Virus genome (UHGV): UHGV-0277313
From: a virus
Reading direction: 5' to 3' (one strand)
DNA length: 64,000 bases
Position 1 is the stretch's first letter. Every line of letters starts with the position of its first letter. The notes beneath the pieces were generated by a model. The model did no database searches and was not told the DNA's origin. It was given only the letters and a program-made list of their open reading frames with translations. A program made the position numbers and the translations under genes. Of this stretch, positions 35,951 to 45,216 are shown in pieces.

Positions 35951-37279
35951 ATGTCAAACAACCAAAACATGCACAAGGCAAAAACGGAAAAGAATGACGA
36001 GTTTTACACAAGAAGGGAGGATATCGAAAAGGAACTTAAAAATTACAAAGATTACTTTAAAGGCAAAAGAGTGCTGTGTAATTGTGATGACCCGTTTGAA
36101 AGTTACTTCTTTAAATTCTTTGCTTCGCAATTCAAAGAGTTGAAATTAAAAAAGTTAATCACAACAAGCTATTATGACAGCGCTATCAAAAAGCAGAATA
36201 TCAATATGTTTGATGTTGGCGCTTACGCTGTTGTTATGGACAAAAAGGCAGGTTTTTTTAAACAACGAACATATGATTTGCAAGATGTTGAATGCTGGTT
36301 GGAAGAACAAAAGAACCTTTCGATACAAGGATCAGATTCTGCTTTAAAGTCGTTGACGACAGGGGACTTTGCAAGTAAAGAATGTGTGAAGTTCCTTGAT
36401 GAAGCTGATATTGTTGTGACAAATCCGCCGTTTTCAAAATTCCGTGAGTTTGTTGCCTTGCTGATGGAACATAAAAAACAGTTCCTAATTATCGGGAATA
36501 TGAATGCAATCACATATAAAGAAATTTTCCCGTTGATTAAGGAAAACAAATTGTGGTTGGGATATGAATCACCGAAAGAGTTTGTACAACCTGATGGAAC
36601 AACTAAAAAGTTTGGTAACATTTGTTGGTTCACAAACTTGCCGACCGAGAAACGTGAAGAGTATTTGGATTTGTTCGAAAATTACAGTCCTGACAAATAC
36701 CCGATGTACGACAACTATCTTGCAATCAATGTTGACCGTGTGTCTGACATTCCGTGCAATGAATGGTTTATCATGACGGTTGGTGAAGACCGTTATAACA
36801 AACTGAAAGCGACGTATGGTGACGATTGCGTGCTGATTGATGGTGATGATGTTAATAAACAGTATCGCATCAAGGTTCGTAACATTGTCATGGGTGTTCC
36901 TATTACGTTCCTTGACAAGTATTGCCCAGAACAGTTTGAGATTGTATCATTCCGTAAAGGCGATAACGGTGAAGACTTAATCTTTACGAGAGAGAGAGAG
37001 AAAGAGTTCAATCGTACTTTCGAGTCCTTATACGACATCGATAGCAGGAGTGATCAAGAACAAAGAAGGATTGATAAATGGGAAGCCTACATACGCGAGA
37101 ATAACAATAAGAAAGGTGGTTTAACAAGAGAACCTATTGATTGTTTTCATGTGTTGTTAACAAATGGAAATTGTGCTTCACATGGTAAAGAAGTAAGGAG
37201 GATTGAGAATGAAAGCCCTTGTATTAATGGAAAGTGGCTTTATACCAGAATAACAATTCGTAAGAAACCTAAACAATAA
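35951..37279 (+). CDS. N6-adenine DNA methyltransferase (EcoRI-methylase-like; NDEFYT and TNPPF motifs)
   Basis: N-terminal KNDEFYTRREDIE and catalytic VVTNPPFS (NPPF/Y motif IV). Confidence 0.65.
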   Translation: MSNNQNMHKAKTEKNDEFYTRREDIEKELKNYKDYFKGKRVLCNCDDPFESYFFKFFASQFKELKLKKLITTSYYDSAIKKQNINMFDVGAYAVVMDKKAGFFKQRTYDLQDVECWLEEQKNLSIQGSDSALKSLTTGDFASKECVKFLDEADIVVTNPPFSKFREFVALLMEHKKQFLIIGNMNAITYKEIFPLIKENKLWLGYESPKEFVQPDGTTKKFGNICWFTNLPTEKREEYLDLFENYSPDKYPMYDNYLAINVDRVSDIPCNEWFIMTVGEDRYNKLKATYGDDCVLIDGDDVNKQYRIKVRNIVMGVPITFLDKYCPEQFEIVSFRKGDNGEDLIFTREREKEFNRTFESLYDIDSRSDQEQRRIDKWEAYIRENNNKKGGLTREPIDCFHVLLTNGNCASHGKEVRRIENESPCINGKWLYTRITIRKKPKQ

Positions 37280-37291
37280 ACCTTAACAAAT

Positions 37292-37328
37292 AAAAGCGGT
37301 ATCATTCATTGGTATCGCTTTTATTTTA
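37292..37328 (+). terminator. intrinsic terminator
   Basis: aaaagcg...cgctttt stem followed by attttat. Confidence 0.5.
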
Positions 37329-37374
37329 TCAAACATTCAACAAATTGTCAACATCTAAATGAAAGGAAAAAGAG

Positions 37375-38550
37375 ATGACGATGAAAATTACGAAAACCGA
37401 AATTGCAGTTCGCGATTTGGTGAAGAATTACAAGGAGGATAAGAAGACGCATGAAGTCGTTGGTTACGGCAAGAAGCTGAACATTCGTCCGAAGTATCAG
37501 AGGGAATTTGTTTATGAAGGCAAAAAGGAAAAACAGAAGTTCGCTGTTATTGAAACAGTGATGAAAGGTTTCCCGCTGAATACCGTTTATTGGGCAAAGT
37601 CTGATGAGGATGGATTCGATTGGGAAGTTCTTGATGGGCAGCAGCGTACAATTTCGCTTTGTCGTTTCTGTACAAATCAGTTTTCGATTGAGTTGGAAAA
37701 AGGTTTCCCGATGACTTTTGCGAACCTTTCAGAAGAAGACCAGAACAAGATTTTGGATTACAAGCTTGACGTGTATCAGTGCGAAGGAACTGATGCAGAA
37801 AAGCTTGAATGGTTTAAAGTCATTAACATTGCAGGTGAAAAACTGTTTCCGCAGGAATTGAGAAATGCGGTTTATGCAGGTGAATGGTTGACCCGTGCAA
37901 AAGAATTGTTTTCCAAACGGACAGGTTGGGTGTATCGCAAATACAAAGACCTTTTGTCTGGAGAAGTCATTCGACAGGATTACCTTGAAACGGCATTGAG
38001 TTGGATTGGTGCGAAGGAAGGCAAGAGTATTGAGGAATACATGGCAGCGCACCAGTTTGACGAAGTGAACAAAGAAGGAACACCTGAAGGATTCCCGTTG
38101 TTCAAATATGTGAAAGATGTGTTTGATTGGGTTGACAAGACATTCCCGACAGCGCGGTCATATTTGAAAGAAGCGAAGAAAGTGGAATGGGGTTTGTTGT
38201 ACAATCGGTTTGGTACAGAGTCGCCTGACATTGAAGAAATCAATGATGAGGTCAACCGCCTGATGATGGACAGTGATGTTCAGAAAAAATCAGGGATTTG
38301 GGAATATGTGTTATCGAATGATGAGAGTGCATTGAACATTCGCACGTTTGATGACAATACCAAACGGGAAGTATATGAACGCCAAAATCACAAATGTCCG
38401 TATTGTGTACGGGAAGGAAATGACAAGGAGTACAACATCGAAGATATGGAAGCTGATCATATAACGCCGTGGTCACAGGGCGGGAAGACGACAGCTAATA
38501 ACTGTCAGATGTTGTGTAAGAAACACAATCGAAAGAAGAGTGACAAGTAA
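37375..38550 (+). CDS. DUF262 (ParB-like NTPase/nuclease, DGQQR motif) + C-terminal HNH nuclease; GmrSD-like type IV restriction-type enzyme
   Basis: KYQREFVYE ... VLDGQQRTISLCRF N-domain; C-terminal CPYCV...ADHITPWSQGG...NCQMLCKKHNRKK HNH. Confidence 0.7.
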   Translation: MTMKITKTEIAVRDLVKNYKEDKKTHEVVGYGKKLNIRPKYQREFVYEGKKEKQKFAVIETVMKGFPLNTVYWAKSDEDGFDWEVLDGQQRTISLCRFCTNQFSIELEKGFPMTFANLSEEDQNKILDYKLDVYQCEGTDAEKLEWFKVINIAGEKLFPQELRNAVYAGEWLTRAKELFSKRTGWVYRKYKDLLSGEVIRQDYLETALSWIGAKEGKSIEEYMAAHQFDEVNKEGTPEGFPLFKYVKDVFDWVDKTFPTARSYLKEAKKVEWGLLYNRFGTESPDIEEINDEVNRLMMDSDVQKKSGIWEYVLSNDESALNIRTFDDNTKREVYERQNHKCPYCVREGNDKEYNIEDMEADHITPWSQGGKTTANNCQMLCKKHNRKKSDK

Positions 38551-38557
38551 GAACATG

Positions 38558-38586
38558 TTGACAAATGGAACGGGTGGTAGTAATAT
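38558..38586 (+). promoter_or_regulatory. sigma70 consensus promoter (TTGACA-N17-TAATAT) overlapping hairpin aacgggtg...cacccgtt
   Basis: ttgacaaatggaacgggtggtagtaatat; hairpin followed by tttt. Confidence 0.6.
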
Positions 38587-38624
38587 CACCCGTTTTCAAT
38601 AAAAATGGTGGAAGGAGTAAAGAG

Positions 38625-38894
38625 ATGATTAAGGTTGGCGATATTTGCAAAGAGACAGTAAGTGATGATAAGGAAGTTATGTATGTCATCACGAAGATAG
38701 CGTCATCGGAAGTGACAGATGTTCACATGATAACATCGGACGGAGAGACGCAGTGTTTGTCGTTTGTTGATGAAGAAACGATGAATGACACGTTAGAAGC
38801 GAATCGAATCATCAGTAATGATGAAGACAAGGATTGGTTGACAATGGCGAGTGTAGTCTTTACTGACGGGTTAAGAACGATACATTCGATATAA
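38625..38894 (+). CDS. hypothetical protein (C-terminus ...DGLRTIHSI)
   Basis: ORF trimmed to ATG after ggaaggagtaaagagATG. Confidence 0.5.
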   Translation: MIKVGDICKETVSDDKEVMYVITKIASSEVTDVHMITSDGETQCLSFVDEETMNDTLEANRIISNDEDKDWLTMASVVFTDGLRTIHSI

Positions 38895-38909
38895 TAAGGA
38901 GTGAAGACG

Positions 38910-39584
38910 ATGGGACAGCGTTTAATTGTGGAATTTAAGTATCAAGATAAAACAATTGCAGGATTGTATCAACATTGGTCAGCCTATACATTGGACGCTT
39001 TCAATACATTGGAATGTCTGATGGGTATAGGATATCGTGAAAAGCCCCAGAATGAGAAACAGGCTTTATTGCAAGCTTTGGAGATGATTAGCAACATTGA
39101 AGGTGTTGCGTGGGACAGTTATGACCCGACAGAGAAAAACAGTGATGACGAGGATAACGGTTGGGTATATATCCGAAAGAACTTTACAGGGAACGATGAC
39201 GAATCGAACGATATTCGTGAGATATCAAAATCGTTTTGTTTTGTGGGAGACCGTTCAACAGGGTTAGCAATCGTAGGCAAGCCAGCTGAAGATTGTTTGG
39301 GTTTAGGTGAGTATAGTATAGCGATTAGACTTGATGAACATGTAATCGAGTTTGACGTATATAACAGATACGACAACATGGTTGAGTATGTGGATTGTTG
39401 TGGCAATCCTTCAAAAAGACCGTCGCGAGTAATCTTGCCTAAAGGTGTGTACGTTGACTATTTCAAATTTGATGATATGCATTATATATCATCGTTTTTG
39501 GAAAAGTTGGGTGATGGAACAGCCTATTTTGCACCAAGTGTTGGCTATTGTGATGACGACACGATTTTTAGTGCAATAGGATAA
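38910..39584 (+). CDS. hypothetical protein
   Basis: ORF from ATG after aaggagtgaagacgATG. Confidence 0.55.
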   Translation: MGQRLIVEFKYQDKTIAGLYQHWSAYTLDAFNTLECLMGIGYREKPQNEKQALLQALEMISNIEGVAWDSYDPTEKNSDDEDNGWVYIRKNFTGNDDESNDIREISKSFCFVGDRSTGLAIVGKPAEDCLGLGEYSIAIRLDEHVIEFDVYNRYDNMVEYVDCCGNPSKRPSRVILPKGVYVDYFKFDDMHYISSFLEKLGDGTAYFAPSVGYCDDDTIFSAIG

Positions 39585-39606
39585 CTTTAACAAAGGAGTA
39601 AAAGAT

Positions 39607-41916
39607 ATGGAAGTTAAAACGTCGAATGTGGTTATGGAAAGCAGTGAACAGTTGCAAGAAAAACAATTTACGATTGCAACGAATGCGAAAGCGTTTGAAA
39701 TCCTGACGAGTACATTGTATAAGAATGTTCCGTCGTCAATCGTTCGGGAATTGATTTCGAATGGTTATGATGGACATGTTCGTGCGGGGAATGTCGATAA
39801 AGAAATTGAGGTACATGCCCCGTTTGTTTTTGAACCGACTTTTGAAGTTCGTGATTTTGGTTGTTCGATGGACGAAGAAACGATGATGAATGTATATACG
39901 ACATTCTTTTCATCGACCAAAAACGCGGATAACAATGAAGTCGGCGGTTTCGGGTTGGGTTGTAAATTGCCGTTTGCATATACGGATATGTTCACTATTA
40001 CAACGTATCTGAATGGCAAACAGCAAGATTATATCGCCAGCAAGAACAATGGTGTTCCGACATTGAGCAAGTTGGGAGATGCAACTGATACGTCTGAACC
40101 GAATGGCGTTAAGGTGTGTGTTCCTGTTCAAGAAGACGACATTGATGCCTTCTGTGGGGCTGTCAAGTATATGGTGAGATATTCCAAGTTTAAAATCAAA
40201 TCAAATTTGGAATGTGAAGCTGTGAAAGAATATGACAACTTCGGGTTGACAAACTTTCACAATTATGGTCAAATCACTGAAGAAGATAGATGTTTCAAAT
40301 GGAAACAGATTATCAGAGTTGGTGGTGTGCCGTATGCCTTTGACAAAAGCACGATGGAGCAAGACTTCATTGGTTGGCAAGATGTCAAGTACTTCAAGCT
40401 TGAAAAAACCTATGAGGGAAACAACGCATTGTTGCATGAAGCTTTGGCTGAATGTAATGATACGGAATTTCTTGAATGTAACATGTCGCAGCTGTTTAAC
40501 TTCAATGGCTGTTTGGATTTTGAAGTGGGTGAATTGGATATTACGGCATCGAGAGAATCCTTGCAGTATTCAAAGAAAACCCGTAAAGCGTTATTCAAAC
40601 GATTGGTTGAAGTGCAAACTGCTTTGTCGAAACGTCTGACAAAGATGTTAGATAAGTGGAACAATAACGTTGGAACGTTTCAGGAAGCGTTGGAGAAGTT
40701 AAAATACTTCAAACAAATTCAATGGGGAGCGTTTTCGTATGTTGTCAGAAACCGCCCGTTCAAATACAGATGCGGTCGTCATGAAAACAAAGTTAATTTG
40801 GATTCGTGTGACGTGTCGCTGGTTTGTTATGGGGATCAGGTGTTGAAAGAAAACGATTTGTTGAAAGGTTTGATTACGCCTAAACTTCATACGTTAAATG
40901 GAGATACAAAACGTATTCAACATTCAGCAAGATTGACGACGTTTAATCCTTGTAAGGGTTTGAAACAGATTGAGGTTTATTTGACAAATGCCCCTTTGAA
41001 ACATTCGGGCATTTCAATAAGCCAAGAAGAGATTAACTTGTTAGGTCGGTATTCGGCGTGCAAGGCAATCATTTCTGTTTCGAGTCGTTCAAACGTTAAA
41101 GAGCAAGGAGAGTGGCTGCAAAAACAGTTTGATGAAATTTGTCCAGACCTGTATAAAGTAATCACGGTTGACAAGAAAGATTGTTTCATTCCGAAAGTTG
41201 AAAAGGAAAGAAACGGTAAGACTGTCACAGTGGTTGCTGAAGACGAACGCCCGATGACGATTGCCGCCAAAGAGTTGATTGAACAGATGAAACCGATCAG
41301 CGATTGTTTTGGTCAAATCTATCTGTTCAAATCAAACAGTATTCAATATCAAGTACAACGGGTATTGGAGAGTTTGGTGATGGCAAAAGACTTAACGGGT
41401 ATTCCTGACTTAACCCCGATTCTTGAATGTGTCAAGATTCATGGAACGGCAAGAAAGATGGTTGAGAAATACACTGATATTCCTGTTGTCTTCTTTGAAG
41501 ATGAAATGGAAAACGACAGAAACGGTGATGTTATCTTCCGTCATGAATTGTTCCGTAAATTGAAACATGTCTTGCAAAGAATATGTTTCTTTATAAACAT
41601 GGATTCTGATACTGCAAAACTTGGAAGGGCTATCGTTAAATATGGCAAAGACCTTAATGTGAACATGGATACATTGAAGGTGATGGCACAATATAAGGAG
41701 ATGGCTTTCCCGAATTTGTATCTGTCGGAAGTCAATATGGATTCTGATCATGTTCAAGAGGTTTGGGTGAATGTCTGTCGGAATTGTCTTAACCGTTTGG
41801 ATAATGAACAAAGGTTCAAACTGTTGGCACAAATCTTCTTGAACTGTAGCTTCTATTTGCCGAATAAGCCGTTCAGGAAACTGATTGCAAGTTTCGGCTT
41901 GACAACGGACAGGTAA
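39607..41916 (+). CDS. GHKL-superfamily (Hsp90/MutL/histidine-kinase-like) ATPase domain protein, 769 aa
   Basis: N-box RELISNGYDG and G-box GGFGLGCK in N-terminal 160 aa; long uncharacterised C-terminal region. Confidence 0.65.
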   Translation: MEVKTSNVVMESSEQLQEKQFTIATNAKAFEILTSTLYKNVPSSIVRELISNGYDGHVRAGNVDKEIEVHAPFVFEPTFEVRDFGCSMDEETMMNVYTTFFSSTKNADNNEVGGFGLGCKLPFAYTDMFTITTYLNGKQQDYIASKNNGVPTLSKLGDATDTSEPNGVKVCVPVQEDDIDAFCGAVKYMVRYSKFKIKSNLECEAVKEYDNFGLTNFHNYGQITEEDRCFKWKQIIRVGGVPYAFDKSTMEQDFIGWQDVKYFKLEKTYEGNNALLHEALAECNDTEFLECNMSQLFNFNGCLDFEVGELDITASRESLQYSKKTRKALFKRLVEVQTALSKRLTKMLDKWNNNVGTFQEALEKLKYFKQIQWGAFSYVVRNRPFKYRCGRHENKVNLDSCDVSLVCYGDQVLKENDLLKGLITPKLHTLNGDTKRIQHSARLTTFNPCKGLKQIEVYLTNAPLKHSGISISQEEINLLGRYSACKAIISVSSRSNVKEQGEWLQKQFDEICPDLYKVITVDKKDCFIPKVEKERNGKTVTVVAEDERPMTIAAKELIEQMKPISDCFGQIYLFKSNSIQYQVQRVLESLVMAKDLTGIPDLTPILECVKIHGTARKMVEKYTDIPVVFFEDEMENDRNGDVIFRHELFRKLKHVLQRICFFINMDSDTAKLGRAIVKYGKDLNVNMDTLKVMAQYKEMAFPNLYLSEVNMDSDHVQEVWVNVCRNCLNRLDNEQRFKLLAQIFLNCSFYLPNKPFRKLIASFGLTTDR

Positions 41917-41925
41917 CATGATAAA

Positions 41926-41960
41926 GAAAAGGGGTAATGAAAATTATCCCTTTTCTTTTT
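41926..41960 (+). terminator. intrinsic terminator
   Basis: gaaaaggg-gtaatgaaaattat-cccttttc + ttttt. Confidence 0.65.
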
Positions 41961-41991
41961 AACTGATGAATTTTAATGAAAGGGCAAGACA

Positions 41992-42651
41992 ATGATTAAA
42001 TACTTTATTACTCCGAAAGTCTTGACTATGATTATTAACGGTAAGCAGATGTTCGTTCCGCAAAGTCATCTGAATTACGATACAATGTGCAATGCATTAC
42101 GTCAAGGTTGTAAAGATGAAAAGGTCATTATGGAATTGTTTGACCTTAAGAAATGTATGCTGGTGGAATTTCCGAACTATGTGGAAATTGATGAAAACGG
42201 TATGCTGGTATTGAAATACTGTCATGAAATCAACATGGAGAAATTCACAAAAGAAACGTTGTTGCAAAAACGCGATGGGGCTTGTGTTGAAAGTTTCTTC
42301 ATATTGCTGGCAAACATGAGCCAAAACAAAAGTGTGGATACATATCAGTTTTTACAATGGCTGAAAAAGAAGGGATATACCTATTCACACATGGGTACGA
42401 TTCTGTGTTATGCAAGAGTCTTTGATAACATGGGTGACGTTTTGCTTACTGACAAGAGAGATGCAAATGCAATTATCAGTATTCACCCGAAATACATTGA
42501 ATTCGTGACAGTGGACGGGGCGTTGAGAGAGAAAACGTTAGTCCAAAGCGAAGCAAGTTTAGAAATTGAATGGCACGGTAACAATGAGCCTGTTCCTTCG
42601 TTGGAAAACTTCAATGTCTTCAATGGGAACGATATGTTGGGTTGCATCTAA
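41992..42651 (+). CDS. hypothetical protein (C-terminus ...NGNDMLGCI)
   Basis: 219-aa ORF, SD gaaagggcaagacaATG. Confidence 0.55.
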   Translation: MIKYFITPKVLTMIINGKQMFVPQSHLNYDTMCNALRQGCKDEKVIMELFDLKKCMLVEFPNYVEIDENGMLVLKYCHEINMEKFTKETLLQKRDGACVESFFILLANMSQNKSVDTYQFLQWLKKKGYTYSHMGTILCYARVFDNMGDVLLTDKRDANAIISIHPKYIEFVTVDGALREKTLVQSEASLEIEWHGNNEPVPSLENFNVFNGNDMLGCI

Positions 42652-42665
42652 AGGGAGTAAAGACA

Positions 42666-43058
42666 ATGGATCAAGATACAATAAAAGAGCTGAACGAATT
42701 GATGAAACAAGGTTTGTATGATGACATTGAAGAAATAATGAACGAACAGTTCCCGTTGTATTCTATTGCCTATTTCAGACCGTTTCAGAAATTTGTAATC
42801 ATTGTTCCTGGTGAATGTGATGGCGTGTCATACGACGACGATGGTACGGCAGTGTTTCGTATGACGTATCAAGAGAAGGGCGGGTTTGTCGAATCAATCT
42901 ATTGGTATCTTAGTTATGAGATAAAAACTTCGCCGCTGGTTACGCCCAAAGGTAAGGCAAACTTGTTAGTTGTCAAACAGTGCAAAAATTTTATAGAGGC
43001 TGTACAATGTATTCAAAACATTGACATTGATGGTGAGAAAGCTTTGAAGGAGATTTGA
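42666..43058 (+). CDS. hypothetical protein (C-terminus DGEKALKEI)
   Basis: ORF from ATG after aaagggagtaaagacaATG. Confidence 0.55.
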   Translation: MDQDTIKELNELMKQGLYDDIEEIMNEQFPLYSIAYFRPFQKFVIIVPGECDGVSYDDDGTAVFRMTYQEKGGFVESIYWYLSYEIKTSPLVTPKGKANLLVVKQCKNFIEAVQCIQNIDIDGEKALKEI

Positions 43059-43060
43059 CA

Positions 43061-43372
43061 ATGACTTTTGAAGAAGCTATCGAAGGATTACCTATCATTA
43101 TCATGGGAAGCTGTTGCACGATTGGAGAGGTGATAGCAAAAGAAGAAAGAGGAGATGTCGTTTGCTTTTTGGCAGAAGCCAAATATCATGGAACATTAAG
43201 TTTAACAGGTGAGCTTAATGTCAGCAAGAAACTTTATGACGAGAACAAAACTGATTATGAAAAAACAGATTTCAAGATAATCAGAAAATCCGTCATAACG
43301 GAGGGGAACAATTTCCCTGAATATTATGTTGTTTTGAATGACATTGGCGAACGAACAATAGGGAGGATCTGA
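43061..43372 (+). CDS. hypothetical protein (C-terminus IGERTIGRI)
   Basis: SD aaggagatttgacaATG lies within previous gene's last codons. Confidence 0.55.
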   Translation: MTFEEAIEGLPIIIMGSCCTIGEVIAKEERGDVVCFLAEAKYHGTLSLTGELNVSKKLYDENKTDYEKTDFKIIRKSVITEGNNFPEYYVVLNDIGERTIGRI

Positions 43373-43375
43373 AAT

Positions 43376-43729
43376 ATGAAATTTTCCGAATTATTGAAAC
43401 ACATAAAACGCTTGGCGTTAAAACAAAGCTGTGATGTATGGAAAAATTACACATGGCATTGTGATAAAATCATATCTAACACCGACGAACTTAAGGTTAT
43501 GTTGGCTGATGGAGTTCAATACTTCACAGCTGTTGGTCGGGCTATTAATAATAACAACCGTAATGACTTCCTAAAACAACAGGCAATAGTGCGTATCAGT
43601 CGCGATGTCTTTGAATATATTGACAAATTGACTGAAAATGATGTAAAGCTTGTATGGGTTTCATCGAGCAAACTTTATTTGAGTCTGGAGATGGCACATT
43701 GTGGTGAGGTCATTTTAGAAAGAATCTAA
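43376..43729 (+). CDS. hypothetical protein (C-terminus CGEVILERI)
   Basis: 117-aa ORF, SD gggaggatctgaaatATG. Confidence 0.55.
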   Translation: MKFSELLKHIKRLALKQSCDVWKNYTWHCDKIISNTDELKVMLADGVQYFTAVGRAINNNNRNDFLKQQAIVRISRDVFEYIDKLTENDVKLVWVSSSKLYLSLEMAHCGEVILERI

Positions 43730-43742
43730 AAGGAGTGAAACA

Positions 43743-44120
43743 ATGGCATGGAGTAGAAGACAAATCTGTCAAGAATTGAAAAGAATTTTCAACGGGCAGT
43801 TTTTAGATATCATTGGTTCAGACAAACCTTTAAACATACACGTTTTAAAAGTTCAAGAAAACTTTCATGAGTATGATCTGAAAAGTATTTGGGGAAAGGA
43901 AGGGAAAGATTATAAACTGTGGTTTTATGGGAAGAATCTTGCCGGAGGGTCGTCGATTACAGTCTGTATGGTGTTGACAAAAAAGTTAGCAAGAGAATTA
44001 CAAAATTATTGTATAGGTGATTTTGTTTTAACTTTTATGAAAAAAGAAAGCACTGAAAAATATCCTTTTGTCAGGTTGGAACTTTTGTCAACAGGAAAAC
44101 AAACATTACAGGAGATTTAA
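43743..44120 (+). CDS. hypothetical protein (C-terminus TGKQTLQEI)
   Basis: 125-aa ORF, SD aaaggagtgaaacaATG. Confidence 0.55.
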   Translation: MAWSRRQICQELKRIFNGQFLDIIGSDKPLNIHVLKVQENFHEYDLKSIWGKEGKDYKLWFYGKNLAGGSSITVCMVLTKKLARELQNYCIGDFVLTFMKKESTEKYPFVRLELLSTGKQTLQEI

Positions 44121-44122
44121 GA

Positions 44123-44332
44123 ATGAAGAATGAAATCACGTTAAAAATGTGGACGCTTATGTTAGGTCTTACAGTGTCATTCGTTTTAGGAATAGTCAGT
44201 CAAGGACATAATAAATTACGTTATGTCAAATTGATTGACGAACAGTTTGAGGTGATGGGAAAGATGCAAGCCGTGAACAATCGGTGTATCAATCAGGTTA
44301 TCGCGTTAATGGAGGAGAAGAATGTCAGATAA
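44123..44332 (+). CDS. small membrane protein
   Basis: TM segment WTLMLGLTVSFVLGIV; SD caggagatttaagaATG. Confidence 0.5.
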   Translation: MKNEITLKMWTLMLGLTVSFVLGIVSQGHNKLRYVKLIDEQFEVMGKMQAVNNRCINQVIALMEEKNVR

Positions 44333-44627
44333 AATGATCAATTTGTTTCTTGCCGTTATCACGACATTGTTTTTGAAATGGTGTTGGGAGAAGATTCAAG
44401 GAGTGGTTATCAATTCAGATCAAGAAGTGTTGTTTCCTAAAGTGAAAATCAAATTGGTTAAACGACGCTTCGAGAGCAGAGATGATTTGATATCCTATTG
44501 CGGCGCTATGATGATTAAGGCAGGATATGGAAAAGAAGACGTGACAAAGTTTTTAGTTGAAGCAAAGAAGGCTAAAGACATTCCTGAATTGTTGAGCTAT
44601 TGCTATCAGTGTTTTTACATTTACTAA
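44322..44627 (+). CDS. small membrane protein
   Basis: N-terminal TM segment LFLAVITTLFL. Confidence 0.5.
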   Translation: MSDKMINLFLAVITTLFLKWCWEKIQGVVINSDQEVLFPKVKIKLVKRRFESRDDLISYCGAMMIKAGYGKEDVTKFLVEAKKAKDIPELLSYCYQCFYIY

Positions 44628-44639
44628 AGGAGAGTACAA

Positions 44640-45191
44640 ATGAGAAACGTAGAATTGTTGAGCAAGAACAAAGATATGACAAAACAAATCGAAGCTGTCA
44701 ATAAGGCTATCGAAAAGTTTGGTCATAAAGACAATGAAACCGTGCAGATAGATTCTGTTGACAACGTAGCCAAAGATGATGTAGTCTTTATCTATGATTA
44801 CAGTTGTTTAGGAAAGAGCTTTCACGCTTTTATCGAAGCCTTCAAAGTTTTGGTATGGAAGAAAGCAGAGGTTCATTTTGTTGTTGAGAACTTGAATTAT
44901 TGGAACGATGTGCAATTGCAAGGATCCTTGACAGCATTGACATTTGCAGAAGAGTGTGAAAGAAGACTTCGCAGCGCGGTGTCAAAAGAGAACCTTGCAG
45001 AAGCAGCAACAAGAGGAAAGTTTGCAGGCCGTCCTAAAGGTTCAAAGAACAAAGAAAGTCTGATTATCACGAAAGCCGCTGAAATTGAATTTTGGTTGCA
45101 GCAAGGAGAAACCAAAAAATGGATTGCTAAACAGTTGGGTATTTCGGTGGGTACGATATATAACTATATCAAATCCAAAACAGAAGCTTAA
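44640..45191 (+). CDS. serine-recombinase (resolvase/invertase)-like protein with C-terminal HTH; N-terminal catalytic Ser motif apparently absent
   Basis: internal DYSCLGKS...ALTFAEECERRLRS resembles resolvase DRLGRS/E-helix region; GRPKGSKNKES then HTH KKWIAKQLGISVGTIYNYI. Confidence 0.5.
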   Translation: MRNVELLSKNKDMTKQIEAVNKAIEKFGHKDNETVQIDSVDNVAKDDVVFIYDYSCLGKSFHAFIEAFKVLVWKKAEVHFVVENLNYWNDVQLQGSLTALTFAEECERRLRSAVSKENLAEAATRGKFAGRPKGSKNKESLIITKAAEIEFWLQQGETKKWIAKQLGISVGTIYNYIKSKTEA

Positions 45192-45216
45192 CACTATCAA
45201 ACAAAGGAGAAAAGGG

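Noticed and set aside
44640-45191. Calling this gene an integrase, implying a prophage
   Set aside because: Catalytic serine motif not evident and no att-like repeats or flanking host genes are visible; treated as resolvase-like DNA-binding protein only.
45085-45216. N-terminal 44-codon extension of the listed 386-aa ORF
   Set aside because: Overlaps the resolvase-like gene in another frame; a strong SD precedes the internal ATG at 45217.
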